The position numbers were made by a program, and so were the translations under genes. The notes below the pieces were generated by a model. That model was not told the DNA's origin. It did not search any database and saw only the letters and a list, made by a program, of their open reading frames with translations. A stretch of DNA of 31,440 nucleotides from Archangium sp. (GTDB lineage: Bacteria > Myxococcota > Myxococcia > Myxococcales > Myxococcaceae): assembly GCA_031367385.1 (NCBI GenBank), contig JANLPS010000183.1, positions 1-31,440 on the forward strand. Direction: 5' to 3'. This document shows positions 1 through 7,343 of the stretch, in pieces. Numbering within the stretch: position 1 is the stretch's first letter; each line of letters opens with the position of its first letter.

Positions 1-18
1 CCAGCAACCTCACACACC

Positions 19-147
19 ATGAAGAAGCCAGCCGCGAAGAATCAGCATGGCAAGAAGCTCGAGCAGAAGCAGCTCGTCACCCTGGCCCCCGTCGACTTGA
101 AGCACGTCATGGGCGGCAGCCTGTTCTGCGTCACCCCCTGGGACTGA
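19..147 (+). CDS. 42-aa peptide MKKPAAKNQHGKKLEQKQLVTLAPVDLKHVMGG|SLFCVTPWD, putative double-Gly-leader RiPP/bacteriocin-type precursor
   Basis: Translated by hand from ATG 19 to TGA 145-147; absent from the supplied ORF track. 39 of 42 codons end in G/C. The L-x-x-x-D-L-x-x-V-x-G-G segment matches the double-Gly leader pattern. The frame is also open back to base 1, so an upstream start cannot be excluded. Confidence 0.7.
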   Translation: MKKPAAKNQHGKKLEQKQLVTLAPVDLKHVMGGSLFCVTPWD

Positions 148-192
148 GACCGCCCGTCTCGCCCGTCACAAGCCCTCCTGATAAGACGGCGC

Positions 193-220
193 CGACCCGA
201 CGACTTCAGTCTGCGGGTCG
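193..220 (+). other. Intergenic stem-loop between the peptide gene and the GMC gene
   Basis: CGACCCG (193-199) pairs with CGGGTCG (214-220), with an inner GAC-TTCA-GTC. It has no U-tract and is followed by GGGAG (223-227) and GTG 235. Confidence 0.45.
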
Positions 221-234
221 TTGGGAGCGCGGTC

Positions 235-1671
235 GTGTTCACCAAGAAGAGCGCGAACAGCGCTGATGTCGTCATCGTCGGGGGCGGCTTTACCGGTCTG
301 GTGATCGGAGAGCTGCTCAGTAACGAGGGGCTTCGCTGCCGAATTCTAGAGGCCGGCCCGGCTCTTCGAAACAGCGGCGCAGTCCGAGACGCCGCTTCAC
401 TTCAGCAACTCCCCAACCCAGCGCGTTGGGAGAGTCACCTGGTGGGCGTCAGTGATCTGGCCGCCAGTCTGCCCGATGCGCGGCCTCGAATCAGAGCGCT
501 GGGGGGTCGTTCTCTCGTCTGGGGTGGGTGGTCTGAGCGCCTCGATGCGAGCGCGCTGGTCGATGCCCGGAGCGTCGGTGCGCCGTGGCCAGTCAGCCTC
601 GAGGAGCTGACGCCGTTTTACCGCACCATCGAGCGCCTGCTGACCGTTCGCAGCCAGCCTGGCGCGTTCTCGGGCATCAAGAAGACCTTGGGTCTCGACG
701 TACGCGCGCCACGCATCGCACGCGACGGCCAGCGCTTGCGAACCGCGCTCAGTCTCAAGCGGGCGAGACGAAACGTGATCACAGAGGCCACTGTTCGAAG
801 GCTGCTGTTTCGCGAATCTCACGTCTGCGGCGTGGAGTACTGGAACAGTGAGAGTCGCCTCGAGCAGCTGAACGCGTCAATCGTCGTTCTGTGCGCTTCG
901 CCCGAAGAGACGATTCGAATCTTGCTCACCGAGCCCCCGTCGTCACTCGCTGACCGGGCGCACCTGCTCGGCCGCGGTCTCGTCGACCACCTGATGTTGA
1001 GCTACCTCGCCAAGGTGCCAGCGCCCGCCGGGCGAGCTGCCCATGGCACGGCGGCGTTCGTGCCGCGCTTCGTGAATACCACGCGGGCCACCAGGCGGCA
1101 GTACACCGGCGGCTTTAGCCTCGAGGTTCACGGGCCGACCAGTGCTGGTGCGCTCAATGACAGCTGGTTGCGCATGCTCCAGATTGACAAGAAGCAAGCC
1201 CGCGACACCAGCACGTGGACGGTGACCGCCATGGGCGACGCGATACCCCACCGAAAACGGTTCATCGACCTGCATCAGAGCGCCACCGACAGCTTGGGCC
1301 GCCCAGTGCCGGTCAACCACCAGTACACGAGTCACAACGACCGCTTGATGGTCGCCGACATGAAGCAAACAGTGCTCGACGTGCTCGACGCGTTGACCCC
1401 GCCGGGGAGCACCATGATCGAGCTTCGCGACCCCCTCAAACACCGCGGGCTCTTTCACGAATCTGGAGGCTGCAGAATGGGCGAAAACCCCAAGACCAGC
1501 GTGACCGATGCGATGGCGCGCGTTCGCGGCGTTCGGGGGGTCTACGTGGGTGACACCTCGGTGTTGCCCACCAGCGGTGACCGCCACCCGACCCTGACTC
1601 TCCTGGCGCTGGCGGCCCGAACGGCACGTGACGTTCTCCGGGCCTCCAAGGTGGGGTTTGAGAGCCTCTAA
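235..1671 (+). CDS. GMC (glucose-methanol-choline) family FAD oxidoreductase
   Basis: N-terminal DVVIVGGGFTG Rossmann motif, LEAG, LGGRSLVWGG, LGRGLVDH, DSLGRP, and C-terminal HESGGCRMG and VYVGDTSVLPTSGDRHPTLT. No signal or Tat peptide. RBS GGGAG upstream. Confidence 0.9.
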   Translation: MFTKKSANSADVVIVGGGFTGLVIGELLSNEGLRCRILEAGPALRNSGAVRDAASLQQLPNPARWESHLVGVSDLAASLPDARPRIRALGGRSLVWGGWSERLDASALVDARSVGAPWPVSLEELTPFYRTIERLLTVRSQPGAFSGIKKTLGLDVRAPRIARDGQRLRTALSLKRARRNVITEATVRRLLFRESHVCGVEYWNSESRLEQLNASIVVLCASPEETIRILLTEPPSSLADRAHLLGRGLVDHLMLSYLAKVPAPAGRAAHGTAAFVPRFVNTTRATRRQYTGGFSLEVHGPTSAGALNDSWLRMLQIDKKQARDTSTWTVTAMGDAIPHRKRFIDLHQSATDSLGRPVPVNHQYTSHNDRLMVADMKQTVLDVLDALTPPGSTMIELRDPLKHRGLFHESGGCRMGENPKTSVTDAMARVRGVRGVYVGDTSVLPTSGDRHPTLTLLALAARTARDVLRASKVGFESL

Positions 1672-1672
1672 A

Positions 1673-2275
1673 TCAGCCTCGAGAGGCCAGCGAGGCGAGC
1701 CCCGAGCGAACCAGGCTGTCGATGGAGCGGCCGCTCAAGCGGTGGTGCGCGGCCAGATGGGCCTCCATCGCGTCGCGAAGCGATTCGATCACCCGGTCGA
1801 TGGCCCGCATCACCGTCGACGGCGCCACCTGGTAGAGCTGGCCGATCGCGGTCAAGGTCAGCCCGTCGAGGTATGCGTGCTGCACGAAGAGGCGATCGCG
1901 GGTACCGAGCGCCGCCAGGGCCGCCTGCAACGCGCCGCGCAGCTGCTCCCGCGCATTGCGGTTGACCGTGCCGAGCTCTGCGTTCGTGCTGACCGGCATC
2001 AACGCCTCGATGACCTGCGCGTCGACCGCGTCTTCGCGGCACCCCCGCTTCAGGTCGACTTCGATGCGGGTGCTCATCGTCTTCAGCCACCGGTAGAGCG
2101 AGCTGCGGCCATCGAACTGGCCGAGCCGACGGTCGACCAGCAGCCGGTACCGCACCGCTTGTCGAACCTCGTCGCACGGCGACAGGCCATCGATGAGCTC
2201 TGAGAGCCGGCCGACCGCGGAGGGCTCTCCATGGAGGCAGCGCTTGGCAAAATCGAGATCGGTGACCACGATCAC
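1673..2275 (-). CDS. Myxococcales-type ECF-like sigma-70 factor (kinase-associated family)
   Basis: TDLDFAKRCLHGEPSA...DEVRQAVRYRLL...FDGRSSLYRWLKTMSTR is region 2-like. ALAALGTRDRLFVQHAYLDGLTLTAIGQLYQVAPSTVMR is a region 4 HTH. Start placed at GTG 2275 (2269 also possible), because the longer ORF to 2572 overlaps the kinase gene. Confidence 0.75.
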   Translation of the reverse strand: MIVVTDLDFAKRCLHGEPSAVGRLSELIDGLSPCDEVRQAVRYRLLVDRRLGQFDGRSSLYRWLKTMSTRIEVDLKRGCREDAVDAQVIEALMPVSTNAELGTVNRNAREQLRGALQAALAALGTRDRLFVQHAYLDGLTLTAIGQLYQVAPSTVMRAIDRVIESLRDAMEAHLAAHHRLSGRSIDSLVRSGLASLASRG

Positions 2276-2406
2276 CTGACACCAACAACTGGCCTCGGGC
2301 GCACCGTCGCCTGCGTTTTCTTTCGATGTTTTCGTGAATTCATGGCCTTGCAGAAATGCCGCTGGGCTTCGGTCGCTCCTGGCCCGCTGCAGTGAAACCC
2401 GGTTGA

Positions 2407-5160
2407 ATGCGCCCCGTGTCGAGTTGCCCCGATGAAAACACGCTGATGGGGCTGTGGAGCGGCCAGACCTCGCCCGAGCTCGAGCGCCACCTCGCCAGTT
2501 GCGATCGGTGCCGCCTGACCATCGCCAAGTTGGTGACCGCGGGGCATTCGATTCGCGCGGCCGCGCTGCCACCCGGCGCCCTGGTTGGTCGCTACCAAAT
2601 CGTTACGATGATTGGCGAAGGCGCGATGGGCCGGGTGTACGCCGCCGTCGACCCGGTGCTCGAGCGAAAAATTGGCCTCAAGGTGTTGCACCCGCTGCGC
2701 GACGGCCCGAAGGCCCGCGAGCGCATGCTGCAAGAGGCCAAGGCCCTGGCGAAGTTCTCACACCCGAACCTGGTGACCGTTCACGACGCTGGCGAGCTCG
2801 ATGGCTCGATTTACTTGGCCATGGAGTACGTCGAAGGCCCGACCCTCCGTGCGTGGCGCGAGCAATCACCGCGAACGCATGAACAGACGGTCGCCGTGTA
2901 TCTGCAGGCGGCCCGTGGGTTGGCCGCGATTCATGCCGCAGGGCTCGTGCACCGTGACTTCAAGCCCGAGAACGTCTTGGTGGGCCTCGATGGGCGCGCC
3001 AGGGTCTCTGACTTCGGCCTCGCGCGGCCCGTGTCACAAGCGCTGGGCCCGCTGCCAACCATGTGGAGCGGGGAGGGCGCTTCGACCGCCAGCCAAACCC
3101 GGGGCGTCGGCACGCCGGCCTACATGGCGCCCGAGCAAATCGAAGGGCTGCCGCTCGATGCCCGGTCAGATCAATTTTCGTTCTGCGTGGCATTGGCCGA
3201 GTCGCTGACGGGCACGCGGCCGTTCGTTGAAAATTCTCGAGCGACGGTTGAGAAGGGGCCTGCGCTTGGGGGCGTATCGACGCGCGTCGAACGGGTGCTG
3301 CGCAAGGGGTTGGCGGCCGACCCCAGTCAGCGCTTCTCGGGGCTGCAGCAGCTCATTCGCGCGCTCGAGCCCAGAGGCCGGTCGACCGGTGCGCTCATCG
3401 CGGTGATCTCGGTGGCGTTGCTGGTGATCTTGGGCGCGGTGACGCTGTCGAGCCGGGCGCCCAAATGCCACGGCGCAGAAGAGCAGGTGGCGGCGATCTG
3501 GCCCGGCCAGCGGCAAGCAGCGCTTCGGGCTCACTTCGAAGCGTTCGGCCCCCAAGGCGCCGCTCGAGTCGGCACGCTCACCGGGCAGATCGAAACGGCG
3601 CTCGGCGCCTGGGCCGCGGTGTCGAAAGACAACTGCGAGGCGACCCGGGTTCGCGGAGACCAGGCCGATCAGGTGTTCGCGGCGCGGCAGCAGTGCCTGA
3701 CCCGCAGGCTGGTTGAGATTGAGCGCAAGATCGAAGTGCTCTCGTCGACTCCGCCTGAAATGCTCTCGCAGGCGGTCGATTCGATGACCGCGCTGACCCC
3801 GCTGCAGGTCTGCTCCGCGGCGGCCGTGGCGTCAGCGAGGCCTGACGCGCCTGAAGACCCGCGCCTTGCAGACCGGGTGGCCGCGGTCGATCGCCAGCTG
3901 GCGACCATCAATGCCTTGCGCCAGGCGGGCCGAGCCCAAGAAGGGTCGAAGTTGGTTCAGGCGGCGATTCAGGAGGCTCACGACCTGCCATGGCCCTCGG
4001 CCGAGGCTCAGGCGCTGTGGCTTCAAGGGGCGATGGAGAGCCAGGGAGGGGCGCTCTCAGCCGAGGCGCCGTTGCGTGAGGCGTGGGCGAAGGCGCTCGC
4101 CGCTCGGGCCGATGCGGTCGCCGTGCACGCGGCGATCGACCTGGGCCGGGTGTTGATGTTGCACGACCGCCGCGCCGAGGCCCGCGAGTGGCTCTGGCAA
4201 GCGAGGGCGATGTTGAGCCGGGCCTCCGACGACCCCGACCTGGTGGCCAGGGTCGCGCAAGAGGAGGCGCACTGGTTTTACGAGGGTGACGATTACGACC
4301 AGGCCCTCGAACGCGCGCAATCGGCCTACCAGACGCTGAAGGCCGCGCACGGAGAGGGTGCGATCTCGGCCGCGATGGCGCAGAGCTCGATCGCGACGAT
4401 CTTCAATGCCCAGCTTCGGTACGCCGACGCGCTCGAAGTGCATCAAAAGGCCCTCGAGGTCGTCGAAGCCGCGGTCGGCCCCGGCGACGCGAGGTCGATC
4501 GGGTTGCACATGGCGTTGTCTGAAGATCTCTACAATTTGCGACGGTACTCCGAAGCGCTGAGTGCCCTCGAGGCGGTCTCGTCGAAGGTGCCGGCCGCCG
4601 AGCTCACCGGCTACCAGTCAGCACGGCTCTGGGAGATGCAGGCCGCGGTCTTGATTCGACTCCAGCGACCGCGCGAAGCCCTGCCATTGGCGAGGTTGGC
4701 CGTTGAAAAGGAGCAACAGCTCGGTGCGCTCCGACAGGAGCAGGAGGCGATGCAGACCCTCGGCCTCGCGCTGATTGGCGTGGAAGACTTCGCCGCGGGG
4801 CATGCCCAACTCGACGCGCTGCGCGCGCGAATCACCGAGCGAAGTGGCGCCGATCACAACGACATCACGCAGACGCTCGACCTCGAAGGCCAGGCCCTGA
4901 TGGAGCATGGCAAGTACGCGCTGGCGCTGCCGTTGGTGATCGAATCAGCACGGCGCCGTCACGCCGAGGGCACAGACCCCTTCGCGGAGGGCTACTCGTA
5001 CAGCTTGTGGGGCCAATGCCAGCTGGCGCTCGGCAATCAGGTCGAGGGTCGGGCCCACCTGAGACGAGCGGTCGCGCTGCTCGAAACCACTCAGCCGCTC
5101 AGCACAGTGGCGCTGGCAGAGGCCCGAGAGAAGTTGGCCAAGTCGACCAAGGCGCCCTGA
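2407..5160 (+). CDS. Hanks-type Ser/Thr protein kinase with N-terminal HxxxCxxC zinc finger, one TM helix and a C-terminal TPR region
   Basis: HLASCDRC; IGEGAMGRVY, IGLK, HRDFKPEN, DFG, GTPAYMAPE, DQFSF; hydrophobic segment ALIAVISVALLVILGAVTL; C-terminal helical repeats. Start may be GTG 2416. Confidence 0.92.
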   Translation: MRPVSSCPDENTLMGLWSGQTSPELERHLASCDRCRLTIAKLVTAGHSIRAAALPPGALVGRYQIVTMIGEGAMGRVYAAVDPVLERKIGLKVLHPLRDGPKARERMLQEAKALAKFSHPNLVTVHDAGELDGSIYLAMEYVEGPTLRAWREQSPRTHEQTVAVYLQAARGLAAIHAAGLVHRDFKPENVLVGLDGRARVSDFGLARPVSQALGPLPTMWSGEGASTASQTRGVGTPAYMAPEQIEGLPLDARSDQFSFCVALAESLTGTRPFVENSRATVEKGPALGGVSTRVERVLRKGLAADPSQRFSGLQQLIRALEPRGRSTGALIAVISVALLVILGAVTLSSRAPKCHGAEEQVAAIWPGQRQAALRAHFEAFGPQGAARVGTLTGQIETALGAWAAVSKDNCEATRVRGDQADQVFAARQQCLTRRLVEIERKIEVLSSTPPEMLSQAVDSMTALTPLQVCSAAAVASARPDAPEDPRLADRVAAVDRQLATINALRQAGRAQEGSKLVQAAIQEAHDLPWPSAEAQALWLQGAMESQGGALSAEAPLREAWAKALAARADAVAVHAAIDLGRVLMLHDRRAEAREWLWQARAMLSRASDDPDLVARVAQEEAHWFYEGDDYDQALERAQSAYQTLKAAHGEGAISAAMAQSSIATIFNAQLRYADALEVHQKALEVVEAAVGPGDARSIGLHMALSEDLYNLRRYSEALSALEAVSSKVPAAELTGYQSARLWEMQAAVLIRLQRPREALPLARLAVEKEQQLGALRQEQEAMQTLGLALIGVEDFAAGHAQLDALRARITERSGADHNDITQTLDLEGQALMEHGKYALALPLVIESARRRHAEGTDPFAEGYSYSLWGQCQLALGNQVEGRAHLRRAVALLETTQPLSTVALAEAREKLAKSTKAP

Positions 5161-5166
5161 TTCTCT

Positions 5167-5218
5167 AAAAAAAAAAAGAAGCGGGGCTCCGGCCAAAGGG
5201 GAGAAGCCGGAGTCCCGC
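5167..5218 (-). terminator. Intrinsic terminator (13-bp GC stem plus T11 on the minus strand)
   Basis: Arms 5181-5193 and 5206-5218 pair with one mismatch. The A11 run at 5167-5177 reads as a U-tract on the minus strand. It lies between convergent genes. Confidence 0.75.
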
Positions 5219-5259
5219 GCGAAGGGAGGCACACTGCCGCCTTCTCAAAAGTATGAGCG

Positions 5260-5814
5260 TTACGACGCCCGGCCGAGGCCGACCGTCACTTCATCGTCTT
5301 CGTCAGTCAGGGTCTGTGCCGCGCGTGAGAGGTCGAGCGCATTGACCACCGGCGCCGTCGCCTCGAGGTCGCGTCGATCGGCCGACATGATCTTCGCCCG
5401 CGTCGCCGCATCGGCCACGCCGGTGACCGGCAAGCCAACCCGCTCTTGAAACCGCTCGACCGCGAGCTCAGTGCGCGGCCCGTACACGCCAGGGCCCGAC
5501 TTCACGTCGCCCGCCGACATCATGCCGAGCAGCTGAAGTTTTGCTTGAAGCCCTCGAACGTCAGCGCCTGTCGCTCCGCGCAGCAGCGGCCGCAACACCT
5601 TCTTGGGCACCGCTTCGAAACTGTCGCTGCGCAGCTGGGCCCGAGAAGACGTCAGCCGGCGTGGGCCGACGGCCTCGAGGTCGGTACGGCTCGACCGCGC
5701 CGAGGCGGCTGCTGACATCGACTGGAGACGGAGGCCTGACACGCGCGCGCAGTGCATCCAAACTTCGAGCCAGCTGTAAGCGCTTGATGCCTTTAGGGGT
5801 TTCGACCTCGCCAT
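5260..5814 (-). CDS. Peptidoglycan-binding (PG_binding_1-type) domain protein
   Basis: LLRGATGADVRGLQAKLQLLG...GVYGPRTELAVERFQERVGLPVTGVADAAT matches the three-helix PG-binding pattern. Start uncertain (ATG 5814, 5757 or 5718). Confidence 0.8.
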   Translation of the reverse strand: MARSKPLKASSAYSWLEVWMHCARVSGLRLQSMSAAASARSSRTDLEAVGPRRLTSSRAQLRSDSFEAVPKKVLRPLLRGATGADVRGLQAKLQLLGMMSAGDVKSGPGVYGPRTELAVERFQERVGLPVTGVADAATRAKIMSADRRDLEATAPVVNALDLSRAAQTLTDEDDEVTVGLGRAS

Positions 5815-5946
5815 GCGCGCCGATGAACCACTTTTCCAGCGTGCTGGTAACGAAATAGCCGCGATGTCGAAGGGTTAGAGCGCGTAAAGCGGCAGTGTCT
5901 GAAGAAACGACACTTTCAGCGAATGGAGCACGGGTGCTCCACCGGT

Positions 5947-6696
5947 TCACGTCAGCAAGTCGAGGATTTCACGGGCGATCAGCGAATCTTTGCGCACGTA
6001 CCCGTCGGCTCCGGCGGCGGCGGTGATGCGCTTGAGCTCGCCCTCTTCTTCGGCTGAGCACAAGAAGACCTGAATACCCGCAAACAGCGAGTTGCCCTTG
6101 ATGAAGCGGCAGAATTCTTCGCCGTTGATGCCCGGCATGTGCACGTCGAGCAGCACCAGGTCGGGTCGGGTCTTCTTTTTCAAGATGATCTTGGTCGCCT
6201 GGTCGGCCGAATGCGCCGTCATCACGTCGTGACCCTTGGCGGTCAGCTCGGCCTCGAGCAACTTCGCGGTCGACTCGCTGTCGTCGACCACCAACACCCG
6301 GCGCTTTGCGGGCTGCGTCGAGGCGGGGGCCGCTTCGGTCACCGCGTCACGAATCTTCTCGACCGCTGCTTCGAGGCCGTACGACTTGGCGATGTACCCG
6401 TCGGCCCCGGCCTTGGCGGCCTTCTCAGACAGCTCGTCTTCGGGCAGGTCTGAATACAAGAACAGCCGCGCCTTGATCTGCCGTTGCAGCCGCAAGAACT
6501 CGACGACGTCATCGCCGTACATCTCGGGCATGTTCACGTCGACCAGCACCAGCGTGTAGGTGTGCTCGGCCAACCGGGCGTCGAGAGCGGCCAGGTCGGT
6601 CGCGGTGTCGACCTCGAGGCCTGCCCCCGCAAGCGCCTGCGAGAGGAGCTGCACCGTCATCGGGCTGTCATCAATCACCAGCACGCGCGGCGCCAT
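5947..6696 (-). CDS. frzZ: Dual-receiver response regulator FrzZ
   Basis: Two CheY-like domains (VLVIDDS...VLVDVNMP and VLVVDDS...VLLDVHMP). Divergent from frzA, as in the Myxococcus frz locus. Confidence 0.85.
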   Translation of the reverse strand: MAPRVLVIDDSPMTVQLLSQALAGAGLEVDTATDLAALDARLAEHTYTLVLVDVNMPEMYGDDVVEFLRLQRQIKARLFLYSDLPEDELSEKAAKAGADGYIAKSYGLEAAVEKIRDAVTEAAPASTQPAKRRVLVVDDSESTAKLLEAELTAKGHDVMTAHSADQATKIILKKKTRPDLVLLDVHMPGINGEEFCRFIKGNSLFAGIQVFLCSAEEEGELKRITAAAGADGYVRKDSLIAREILDLLT

Positions 6697-6792
6697 GGCC
6701 GGGGGTTGTATCAGAGTTTTTTGTCTTCACAGCGCTGACTTCATGTGTGCGCAACACTGACGCCGGTGCTCGATTCGCCTGAAGCAGAAACC

Positions 6793-6821
6793 TTGAACTG
6801 CACAGGTTCGAGTTCGATACT
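6793..6821 (+). promoter_or_regulatory. Candidate housekeeping-sigma promoter for the frz operon
   Basis: TTGAAC (6793-6798), a 17-nt spacer, then GATACT (6816-6821), 9 nt upstream of frzA GTG 6831. Confidence 0.35.
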
Positions 6822-6830
6822 CCGCCGAAC

Positions 6831-7343
6831 GTGGACCAGTCGCCCCTTCAGCGCGCACTCGCCGCCGCACCCGATCGCCCGAAGGCGCAGTCGGCCCGAC
6901 CTGACGAAGAGTTCTTCGTCTTTCGGGTTGGCGAGCTGACGCTGGCGGTGCTCTCGCACCACGTGCGCGAGGTGACTCGCATGAGCAGCATGACGCCGCT
7001 CCCGCGCACGCCCTCGTTCGTCTTGGGCGTGGTGGGTCAGCGCGGGCAGGTGGTGCCGGTGTTCGACCTGTTGCGGTTCTTGTCGCAGGGTGAGTCGAAG
7101 GTCACCTCGCGCAGCCGCTTGTTCTTGAGCGATCACGGCGGGTTCTCGGTCTCGTTTCTCGCTGACGCGGTGGTCGGCCTGCGCCGCATCTTCGTCGCCG
7201 ACAAGCTGCCACCGCCGATGAGCGCCAGCCTCTCGCACGAGTTTCTGCAGGGCGTGGTGCAGTCACGCGAGTTCGGGGCCTTGAGCCTGCTCGACTTGCC
7301 CCGCGTCATCGGCGCTGCCCGGCAGAAGGTCACCGCCCGATGA
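6831..7343 (+). CDS. frzA: CheW coupling protein FrzA
   Basis: FFVFRVGE...VREV...TPLPRTPSFVLGVVGQRGQVVPVFDL is a CheW signature. First gene of the che operon. Confidence 0.88.
   Translation: MDQSPLQRALAAAPDRPKAQSARPDEEFFVFRVGELTLAVLSHHVREVTRMSSMTPLPRTPSFVLGVVGQRGQVVPVFDLLRFLSQGESKVTSRSRLFLSDHGGFSVSFLADAVVGLRRIFVADKLPPPMSASLSHEFLQGVVQSREFGALSLLDLPRVIGAARQKVTAR

Noticed and set aside
42..275. 77-aa minus-strand ORF in the track
   Set aside because: Antisense shadow of the strongly codon-biased 19-147 ORF and the GMC start; no recognisable motif.
2276..2572. N-terminal extension of the 299-aa sigma ORF
   Set aside because: It overlaps the kinase gene on the opposite strand and crosses the AT-richer divergent spacer; sigma-like sequence begins only near VIVVTDLD.
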